Source of the DNA: Polyangiaceae bacterium | Lineage (GTDB): Bacteria > Myxococcota_A > Polyangia > Polyangiales > Polyangiaceae | NCBI GenBank assembly: GCA_033763455.1 | Contig: JANRKO010000006.1 | Location: forward strand, 224,001 to 288,000 | DNA: 64,000 bases | Reading direction: 5' to 3' | Notes under the pieces: model-generated | Told to the model about the DNA's origin: nothing | The model's input: only the letters and a program-made list of their open reading frames with translations | Database searches by the model: none | Position numbers and translations under genes: made by a program | Shown here: positions 28,098-35,776 of the stretch, one piece after another | Layout of the letters: every line of letters starts with the position of its first letter | Position numbering within the stretch: the first letter of the stretch is position 1

Positions 28098-29506
28098 TGT
28101 TTTGGACCGTTTTTGCCATCGAGCGTCGCAACCTCCTGCGGGATCGCGCGGTTTGGGCAGTATTGCTTGGTTTTTCGATCTTGGTTGCCTACGCGGCGCT
28201 TGGCGGAGCGAGCTACGCTCGGGCCGAGCGCGAGCAGATAAGGGTGACGAAGTTGGAAGAGGAGGCTCGCTTCAAAGCACTTCGGCAAGAGGTCATCGCC
28301 ATTCAGAACGGGGCGCCCGTGCAGCACTCGAAAGATCCACGCCAACCTTCAATCGTTGGCCGAGAGCTTGGTCGTCAGGCATTGTCGTTGCCGGAAAGTC
28401 CCTTGGGCGCCATGAGCGTAGGCCAGCGCGATCTCTTGCCCCACACCGTTTGGGTAACGACCGAAGCTCGGCTCGCTGACACCGGGCAGGAAGACGTAGG
28501 GAGTCTGAGCCGCAAGGTTAGTGGCGTGTTTGACCTGGCTTTCGTCCTGGTTTTTCTGCTGCCCTTGGTGGTGGTGGTCCTGTCGTTCGATTTGCTGGCC
28601 CAAGAGCGGGAGCGGGGCACCTTGGCGCTGGTCCTGTCTCAGCCAGTGAGTCTTGCTGCGTTTGTCGGAGCGAAAGCGGCTCTGCGTGGAGCAGTCCTTC
28701 TTTTGGTGTTGCTATTCGCGGCTTTGATCGTGCCCTTCGTCTTTGGCGGTGGTCTTGGCGGAGAAGGGGCTCCTGGCCTCATCGCGCTCTACCTGGCGCT
28801 GCTCGTGCTTTACACGGCGTTCTGGTTTTGCCTGGCCTTGTGCGTAAACGCTTATGGCACGTCGTCGGCGGGCAACGCGCTGTCATTGATGAGCCTCTGG
28901 TTGGTGCTAGTGGTCGTAGTGCCCGGGCTTGCGAGCGTGGCGGTGGACGCATTGTATCCGTCCCCATCCCGGGTCGAGCTCGTCAACCGCACCCGCGAAG
29001 TTGCTCGCGAAGTTGAAGCTCAGATGAGCGCTGTCGAGGGAGATCACGGAGCGCCAGGAGAGTCCGCCGTGGCGAGTGCGCAACGTGGAGCCCGCATCCA
29101 AAGGGAGCTTGAGTCTCGGGTTCAACCCGTCTTAGACGCGTTTGCCACGCAGCTCGCTCGGCAACAGGCTTTGGTAGATCGTCTGCGCTTCCTTTCGCCT
29201 GCGATCATCGCCTACGAGGGGCTGAACGACGTTGCGGGCAGCGGGGTCACGCGCCACCAGCACTTCTCACGTGCGGTTGCAGACTACCACACCGAATACA
29301 AGAAGTTTTTCTTCGAGCGCATCGCACTCAATCGCAAGCTTGGCTCGGAGGATTACGACCACATGCCACGCTTCCAGTATCGCGAAGCTCCTGTCGCCGA
29401 GCTTCTGCAATCGGTTGGCCTAGGGCTACTTGGCTTGCTCGTCCCGTCGTTGGCGCTACTGCTCGCGGCTTTTGCCGGTTTTCGCCGCGATTTCACTAGC
29501 GGATAG
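28094..29506 (+). CDS. Second ABC-2 permease, DUF3526 family
   Basis: VGQRDLLP, FDLAFVLVFLLPL, QERERGTL, RFLSP; GTGA overlap. Confidence 0.85.
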   Translation: MMFWTVFAIERRNLLRDRAVWAVLLGFSILVAYAALGGASYARAEREQIRVTKLEEEARFKALRQEVIAIQNGAPVQHSKDPRQPSIVGRELGRQALSLPESPLGAMSVGQRDLLPHTVWVTTEARLADTGQEDVGSLSRKVSGVFDLAFVLVFLLPLVVVVLSFDLLAQERERGTLALVLSQPVSLAAFVGAKAALRGAVLLLVLLFAALIVPFVFGGGLGGEGAPGLIALYLALLVLYTAFWFCLALCVNAYGTSSAGNALSLMSLWLVLVVVVPGLASVAVDALYPSPSRVELVNRTREVAREVEAQMSAVEGDHGAPGESAVASAQRGARIQRELESRVQPVLDAFATQLARQQALVDRLRFLSPAIIAYEGLNDVAGSGVTRHQHFSRAVADYHTEYKKFFFERIALNRKLGSEDYDHMPRFQYREAPVAELLQSVGLGLLGLLVPSLALLLAAFAGFRRDFTSG

Positions 29507-30161
29507 AGAGCAACTCGACGTCGAAGACGAGGGTGCCTGCCGGTTTCCCCGGCGAGCCCTTGTAAGCGAGACTCTCGGGGATCCAGAGCCTGCGCTCTTC
29601 GCCTTCAACCATGAGTTGAAGGCCTTCGGTCCAGCCTGGGATAACGCGATTGAGAGGGAACTGCGCGGGCTCGCCGCGAGCCACCGAACTGTCGAAAGAC
29701 TGCCCATCTGTCGTCCAGCCTGTGTAGTGCACCGTGACGACGCTTGTGGCTGACGGCTTGCGTGTTCCTGCCCCTTTCTTGAGTACTCGCGAGGCAAGGC
29801 CACTCGCCGTTCTGGCAGCATCTTGGGGAGCGGCAGCGACGTCGGACGGTGCGGCGGGAGCCGACTTTGGGACCTCCCCACCGACAATGCGAGTGGCACC
29901 AATGGCAGCCATTACCTGTTGATAAGACGCCACCCTCCCGTCCTCGTGGTGGCAGTGATTACGGTGACAGAGCTTCCATCCCGGAGGCGGATTGTTAGGG
30001 TCGAACACCACTTCAGCTGACTTGGCAGGAGCCTCAATGGTCACGGCTTTTGCCACAGGTTTATTGCTTGGCTCCGAATCTCCCGGGCCGAGACTCTGGC
30101 AGGCTGTGAGCACGATCGACGTGAGGGCGGCAACCCATGACTTCTGTAGACAGACGACCAT
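29496..30161 (-). CDS. FKBP-type peptidyl-prolyl isomerase lipoprotein with extra Cys/His-rich N-terminal module
   Basis: VTVHYTGW..DG..FDSS..RGEP..F.L..VIPGWTEGL..M..GE.R.LWIP..LAY, LVFDVEL; lipobox LTAC; GAGGTG RBS. Confidence 0.92.
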   Translation of the reverse strand: MVVCLQKSWVAALTSIVLTACQSLGPGDSEPSNKPVAKAVTIEAPAKSAEVVFDPNNPPPGWKLCHRNHCHHEDGRVASYQQVMAAIGATRIVGGEVPKSAPAAPSDVAAAPQDAARTASGLASRVLKKGAGTRKPSATSVVTVHYTGWTTDGQSFDSSVARGEPAQFPLNRVIPGWTEGLQLMVEGEERRLWIPESLAYKGSPGKPAGTLVFDVELLSIR

Positions 30162-30422
30162 TCAAAGCACCTCGTGAGGCTTTCGTTCACCACGAATTTT
30201 ACTTCCAGGCAATAGTCGTCTCGTTCGATAAGCAACGAGCCCCGTGAGACGAAAATTGTCTGAGGGTTTCTTGATGCACGGGTTGCTACGGGATCCTTCG
30301 ACAACCCTGTTGCGTAACCCTTCCAGGGTTGGTCCTCGCGCCGCAGACTCGCGGCCGTGAAACAGGTGGTCAAGTGATACGGAGCCCGCGGCTCCGACCA
30401 ATGAATTTCCCTATCCGAAAAG

Positions 30423-33017
30423 CTAGCGCGTGCGGGGAGGTCGAGGTGGGGGTGGCGTTGCCGTGGCGCCATTTTCGGGCCACGCGTGCCGCGGGTAACG
30501 TCGCATGAGTTCTTTTCGTATTGAAGGGTAGTGGCGTTCCCAGAATCCGGAGAGATCGGCTGTGACCTGCACGGGGCGGAAATTGGGCGCCAATAAATGT
30601 ACGGTTACAGGTACCTGACCACCGCCCACGGTGGGGCTCTTGATCATTCCGAAGAAGTCCTGAAGGCGAGATTCAATCCACGGTTCTTGCCCCTCAGCGT
30701 AGTGGACCACCACGTTGCTTCCACCGGGCAACGGCAAACGTTCGGGCGCTAACCGCTGCAGCAATTCGCGTTCTTCGGCTGTGAGGTAAGCCAGTGCAAG
30801 CTGGGCGAAATCGAGCTTTTCGAGCTCGTCGAGCCTGGTGGTTTCTGTGCAGGCCTGGTGGAGCACGCGGAGCGGCCATTCTTCGTTGTTGCCGGCGTAA
30901 TTTGGCGACACGCGCGCTACTATCGCCATGCGCCCGGCAAGGATCGCTGTTGCCTCGAGCACCTTCGTCATGAGGGAACCATGCTTGACGGCGTAGCGCT
31001 TCAAGACTTCCGTGCTCTGTTCACTGGGAGCAGCAGGAGTACGTGTTTCTTCGAGCACGACTGAGCCGTAGCTTATCTTGCTGACCTGCTCGACGCGCCC
31101 TCGTTCTTCCTCAAATACGAGCGAATCCGCAAACTCTAGGTCGTTGTAGTAGTCCGAAAGCAGCCAATCGGCTTCTACCGCACTGGCTAACCGCACCTGG
31201 ATCTGGGGGCCGCGTTGCCCCTCCCGTCGCTCCTCGACGTCGAGCGCGAGCATTAATGGGGCTACGCTCACAACGCTTGTTTCGCTGAGCGTCGCGGTCT
31301 GGCCATTGCACAAGATGAGCTCACGGCTCGCGGTTGCGCGCCTCCGTGCAACTCGATCGGGGAAGCCGCTGAGCAAGCAGCGGCAGAGCACGGCCCCAAC
31401 TTGCTCGTCCGGAACGTGGGGAAAATCGCGGCGACGGCTTCCCAGCGCGCGAACGAGCTGCTTTTCAAGGAGCCCCACCACCCGCACGCTCGAAGCATCG
31501 AGTTCCAGGTAGCGCAGCTCGGACGCATCGAAGTTAGCCTGGCGCGCCTGCTCATAGCGCTCAAAGAGCTCCAGAGCGTCCGATGGGCCAGGCTCAAGGT
31601 GCGCGTTCACCTGCGGACCGCCGCGCGCGCGACTTTCCAGGCGAATATCTCGCTCCGTGAGCAAAGCTGCTAAGAGGCAAGCCTGCTCGCCCACACCCCG
31701 TGCCTCGCCTTCCAGAATGAGCCGCCCGAGGCGCGGGTGCACAGGGAACTTCAAGAGCTGTGCTCCGACCTCGCTGATAAGGCCGTCCGGCTGCAACGCA
31801 CCGAGCTGCGAAAGCAGCTGATTGGCAGCTGCTACGGCCTTGGGGTCGGGCGCATCCAGCCAGGTTAACTGCTCCGGATCGCGGACGCCCATGGCCTTCA
31901 GTAGAAGCCAGGTGTCTGAAAGATCTGAGCGGCGAATTTCAGGGATTTGCTGCTCCGCACGGGTTTCAAAATCCCCGCGTGTGTAGAGTCGAATTACGTG
32001 CCCGGGTTGGGTACGGCCAGCGCGGCCGGCGCGTTGAATCGCCGAGGCTTGGCTCACCTTCACCAATTTTAGCTGGGAAACCCCCGTGTACGGCGAATGT
32101 TCGGCCTGCCGCATCAAGCCCGAATCAATGACAGTGGTGACGCCCGGAACCGTGACGGAAGCCTCGGCGATATTCGTGCAAATCACGATTTTTCGACGCG
32201 AGCTCGGGCCGAGAACACTCACTTGTTCCTTGAGCGGTAAGTCTCCGTGGAGTGGGAAAACGGTTACGTTGGCCTCGCGCGCGAGGCTCTCAAGCGCGCC
32301 CATGGCTAGGCGGATCTCACGTGCACCCGGTACGAAGACTAAGATGTCCCCTTCGCTCTCACGCATTAGGCATTGACGGACGGCACTCACGATCTGCTTT
32401 TCGAGTGGGCGATCATCGGGCTTGTCTTGATGTTCAATTGTGAGCGGAAAAAGGCGACCTTCGCTCCGCACCCGCGCACAGTTATCGAGCTCGGCCGCCA
32501 ATCGATCTCCCTCGAGCGTTGCGCTCATGACGACGATTCGAAGATCAGGGCGCGCTGTGCGCTGTAGTTCTATGAGGCGAGCGAGGCACACGTCGGAGGG
32601 CAGGCTGCGTTCGTGAAATTCATCGAGCACTACCGCCCCCACAGAAGCGAGTGCACCAGGTCGCAGAAGTTCCCTCAAGAGCAGCCCAAAGGTAACAAAC
32701 CTAACGCGCGTTTTTTCGCCGCGGAGCTCTTCAAAGCGGACGCTGTAGCCAACCGTTTCTCCCGGGCGTTCTCCCAGCTCGAACGCCGCTCGCTCGGCCG
32801 CAAGCCTGGCGGCGATTCGCCGCGGCTCGCCCACGATGATTTCCTTGCCCTTGCCAACGACGTCGAGCATCGCCAAAGGTGCGCGAGTTGTCTTTCCCGC
32901 TCCCGGAGGGGCCTCCAGCACCAGCGTTGGTTTTTGTTTCAAGAGCGTCACGAACTCGCCCAACACATCATCGATAGGTAAGGCGTTCCTCGGCCTTGGT
33001 TGTTTCGGGTTCGTCAT
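30423..33017 (-). CDS. hrpB: ATP-dependent RNA helicase HrpB
   Basis: APPGAGKTT, DEFHER, MSAT, TNIAEASVT, QRAGRAGR, C-terminal HLLAPN.RPVQVT.DL..FW...Y..IRKEL..RYPRH.WP. Confidence 0.95.
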   Translation of the reverse strand: MTNPKQPRPRNALPIDDVLGEFVTLLKQKPTLVLEAPPGAGKTTRAPLAMLDVVGKGKEIIVGEPRRIAARLAAERAAFELGERPGETVGYSVRFEELRGEKTRVRFVTFGLLLRELLRPGALASVGAVVLDEFHERSLPSDVCLARLIELQRTARPDLRIVVMSATLEGDRLAAELDNCARVRSEGRLFPLTIEHQDKPDDRPLEKQIVSAVRQCLMRESEGDILVFVPGAREIRLAMGALESLAREANVTVFPLHGDLPLKEQVSVLGPSSRRKIVICTNIAEASVTVPGVTTVIDSGLMRQAEHSPYTGVSQLKLVKVSQASAIQRAGRAGRTQPGHVIRLYTRGDFETRAEQQIPEIRRSDLSDTWLLLKAMGVRDPEQLTWLDAPDPKAVAAANQLLSQLGALQPDGLISEVGAQLLKFPVHPRLGRLILEGEARGVGEQACLLAALLTERDIRLESRARGGPQVNAHLEPGPSDALELFERYEQARQANFDASELRYLELDASSVRVVGLLEKQLVRALGSRRRDFPHVPDEQVGAVLCRCLLSGFPDRVARRRATASRELILCNGQTATLSETSVVSVAPLMLALDVEERREGQRGPQIQVRLASAVEADWLLSDYYNDLEFADSLVFEEERGRVEQVSKISYGSVVLEETRTPAAPSEQSTEVLKRYAVKHGSLMTKVLEATAILAGRMAIVARVSPNYAGNNEEWPLRVLHQACTETTRLDELEKLDFAQLALAYLTAEERELLQRLAPERLPLPGGSNVVVHYAEGQEPWIESRLQDFFGMIKSPTVGGGQVPVTVHLLAPNFRPVQVTADLSGFWERHYPSIRKELMRRYPRHAWPENGATATPPPPRPPRTR

Positions 33018-33074
33018 GAGGGCGTGCCCAGAAGCTAGCCCGGGCTAAGCTAGGCTCCAAGGTCGGCCGTATTA

Positions 33075-33758
33075 TTGCTAGAGTTGGCTCAGCGCATGTC
33101 TAACGAATCCCACGCTGCTCTCTTCGACATGGATCGCACGTTAGTGCGCCGCAACACCTCGCAGCTCTACACACGGTATCAGAGGGATATCGGTCAAGCC
33201 GGCCTCGTGGATGCACTCAAGGTTGCCATGTGGATGCTCCGCTACTCCGTCGGGCTGATGGACGCCGAGCGGGTAGCTGAACGTGCATTGCGCAGTTTTC
33301 GTGGGCAAGACGAAGGGGACCTTTTGGCCTCGTGCAAGCGATGGTTCAGCGAATATGTGTTGCCGCATGTAGCGGACGAAGGGCGTCGAGCCATCGAGGC
33401 GCACCGGCAACGCGGCGATACGCTGGTGCTCGTCACGGCCTCAACCCAGTATGCGGCAGTGCCGCTGGCCGAGGAGCTTGGCATTCCGCACGTCATTTGC
33501 ACCAAGCTGGAAGTGCACGAGGGGACACTCACGGGTCGCGTTGATGGCAACGTTTGCTTTGGAAAGAAGAAGATAGACCGAGTCGCTAGCTTGGCGGAAG
33601 AGCATGGCTTCAACCTCAGCACCGCCACGTTCTACTCGGATAGCATCACGGATCTTCCACTGCTTGAGGCGGTGGGGTTGCCGGTGGCTATCAACCCGGA
33701 TGCTCGCCTAAGGCGCATAGCTCGTAAGCGAGACTGGCGGATTGAACGTTGGGGCTAA
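33075..33758 (+). CDS. HAD-superfamily subfamily IB hydrolase
   Basis: FDMDRTL, VTAS, K motif, FYSDSITDLPLLE.VG.PVAINPD; alternative ATG at 33096. Confidence 0.9.
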   Translation: MLELAQRMSNESHAALFDMDRTLVRRNTSQLYTRYQRDIGQAGLVDALKVAMWMLRYSVGLMDAERVAERALRSFRGQDEGDLLASCKRWFSEYVLPHVADEGRRAIEAHRQRGDTLVLVTASTQYAAVPLAEELGIPHVICTKLEVHEGTLTGRVDGNVCFGKKKIDRVASLAEEHGFNLSTATFYSDSITDLPLLEAVGLPVAINPDARLRRIARKRDWRIERWG

Positions 33759-33761
33759 GTT

Positions 33762-34484
33762 CTAGCTTTTCACGCGAATGGCCCAGGTGAGCTTCGCAAG
33801 GCTCTTTATAACAGCGGGCACTCGCCGAAGTAGGTGGATGGAGGGTGGGCGTTTTTCTACTAGTTGCACGGGGATTTCTCGTACGCGAACCTTCGAGCGG
33901 TAGGCTCGGAGCACAAATTCGCTTGCAAACACGTCTTTGTCGACGATGCATGCTTGCAGCACTTCCGCGAGGGCTAAGCGGTGAAATGCCTTGAGCCCAT
34001 GAGTGTCTGTGCCGGGAAACCCAAAGAGCAGTCGCAAAAGCGAAGTGTATGCGTGGCTTGCTGCGTGGCGAAAAAGGGGCCGCGCATCGCGAGCACCGCC
34101 GATAAGCTTGGAGCCGATCACCATGTCGGCCTCACCGTTTCGCAGGAGCTTGAGTGCCTGGGAATAAAAATCAGTATCACACAAGTCGATCTCGTCGCAG
34201 ATGATCCAGGTGCCTTTTGCTGCTTGGATGCCGGACCGAAGTGCTTTGCCGTAGTTGGGCGTACTGGTGCGAATGAGGCGGACCTCGGGATACTTATGGC
34301 AGAGGTCTCGCGCGATACCCGCGGTGTTATCGCTGGAGCCATTTTCCACAAGTAAGAGCTCGTAGCGTAGATCGAGTGGGCGTAGCCGCTCGTGCAAATC
34401 CACGACGGAAGCGTGAAGAAGGCCTTCTTCGTTGTAGATCGGAATAACGATGGAAACTTCTGGGGGAGCGTTCACGCCAGCCAT
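33762..34484 (-). CDS. GT2 glycosyltransferase, polyprenol-phosphate (DPM/DPG-synthase-like) type
   Basis: SIVIPIYNEE, ENGSSDNT, YGKALRSG, DEID, DMVIGSK, TDTHGLKAF, EIPV. Confidence 0.85.
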   Translation of the reverse strand: MAGVNAPPEVSIVIPIYNEEGLLHASVVDLHERLRPLDLRYELLLVENGSSDNTAGIARDLCHKYPEVRLIRTSTPNYGKALRSGIQAAKGTWIICDEIDLCDTDFYSQALKLLRNGEADMVIGSKLIGGARDARPLFRHAASHAYTSLLRLLFGFPGTDTHGLKAFHRLALAEVLQACIVDKDVFASEFVLRAYRSKVRVREIPVQLVEKRPPSIHLLRRVPAVIKSLAKLTWAIRVKS

Positions 34485-35776
34485 GAGCGTGCGCTTTCTG
34501 CCGCACCTTGCCCGAAAATCAAGGCGTCTTCCATAGAAGAGTAGTTCCAGCCGCCGTAGCGCCCGGCCGAAAGCAGGCGCTCTTGTGCCAGAAAATGCGT
34601 GATGGTGGTGAGTGCCTCGCGGTATGCGTGGTCGTAGATTACGTACGCGTAGTCGATGCGGCGAATGCGTGCGAACGCGACGGCCTCGGGGTTGGCGATG
34701 AAGCCGAGCTCCAGCAAGCCAGCGACTACTTCAGGCAACGTCTGCTCAAGGCTTGGTGCATCACGGGAGGCCAACTCCACATAGAGATTCGAGCAGCCTG
34801 GAGGAGCCATCTCGGCGGAAAAGTTGGAATAACATCCGACGCGATAGAAAGGGTAGTGCGCTTCGGGCACGTAGACCCAATGTAGATCTTGTCCGCAAGG
34901 CACCCGGAGCGCCACGTCCAGGTAGTAGAGGTGTGTAGAGCGGAGCTTTTGTCGTGCTTGCCGCACCTCTTTGGGAACGTCAGCGATAAGGTCCACCAAC
35001 ACGGGAAGTGGCAGGGTACTGATGAGCACCTCGAAAGGTAGGCGCTCCCCGTTGAGGATGAGCTCTCGGCGTGCGAGATCAATGCTTGATGGGGCAGAAT
35101 TCAGCTCAATTGGGGGGAGCTCCCGCTGCATGGCGTGGCTGAGCTCGCCAATGCCGAGGCGGGGGTAGATGAAGTGCGTATTGTATCCGACTTCGCGTAA
35201 AGGTGGACCTAGGGCCCCATTCACTACGTCTTTCAGGCTTGGGAGCGGCACGAAACGCTGACACCACTCACTGGTGATTTCCGAGGGATGCACGCCCCAA
35301 AGCCGGGTGTTGTAAGGAAGCATGAAGCGTTCGCTCATCGCGTTGCCGAAGTGGATGCGGCAAAACTCTTCGAAATTCTGAGGTACAGGCTTTTGGGGGT
35401 GGGTGGCGGCGGCAATGAAGTCCAAAAGGCATGCAGAGATGGTTTCTGGGGGCAACCCGTAGGTGTTAGCCTGAAAGGGGTAGTGCGTGTAAACACCCTG
35501 CGAAAATACACGGCTCTTGCGCGTGATGGATAGGTAATTTCCTTGAAGCCAAGTGTGAACCTTTTCGCGCACACTCGGGTCCCGGAGGTGCAATAGGTGC
35601 CCCGTGCGATCGAAGCGGTAGCCTGCTTCCTCTACAGTAATGGCGTGCCCGCCAACCTGCGTGAGCTTTTCAAAGATGCGAAACGGTACACCCGCCCGCT
35701 GCAGTTCGATCGCTGCGCTCATGCCGGTGAGCCCAGCGCCCAGGATGGCTACCGGCGTGGATCGGCCGCGGCTCAA
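34472..35776 (-). CDS. FAD-dependent oxidoreductase, resembles UDP-galactopyranose mutase-like flavoproteins
   Basis: GAGLTG FAD motif, VGG...GYRFDRTGHLLH, YPFQAN, PFYR...SNFS, GRYGGWNYSSMEDA; TTGA overlap with polA stop. Confidence 0.8.
   Translation of the reverse strand: MSRGRSTPVAILGAGLTGMSAAIELQRAGVPFRIFEKLTQVGGHAITVEEAGYRFDRTGHLLHLRDPSVREKVHTWLQGNYLSITRKSRVFSQGVYTHYPFQANTYGLPPETISACLLDFIAAATHPQKPVPQNFEEFCRIHFGNAMSERFMLPYNTRLWGVHPSEITSEWCQRFVPLPSLKDVVNGALGPPLREVGYNTHFIYPRLGIGELSHAMQRELPPIELNSAPSSIDLARRELILNGERLPFEVLISTLPLPVLVDLIADVPKEVRQARQKLRSTHLYYLDVALRVPCGQDLHWVYVPEAHYPFYRVGCYSNFSAEMAPPGCSNLYVELASRDAPSLEQTLPEVVAGLLELGFIANPEAVAFARIRRIDYAYVIYDHAYREALTTITHFLAQERLLSAGRYGGWNYSSMEDALIFGQGAAESARSWLA

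Noticed and set aside
30275..30335. c-di-GMP-I (GEMM) riboswitch call for the minus-strand AACCCT-GGA-AGGGTT-ACGCAA segment
   Set aside because: Only superficial similarity: it lacks the GCAAAC/GGAC core and a clear tetraloop receptor. Kept only as an unassigned structured leader
34472..35776. Calling the flavoprotein HemY/protoporphyrinogen oxidase
   Set aside because: No heme-biosynthesis context; the motifs and the coupled glycosyltransferase fit a sugar-nucleotide enzyme better, so no gene symbol is given
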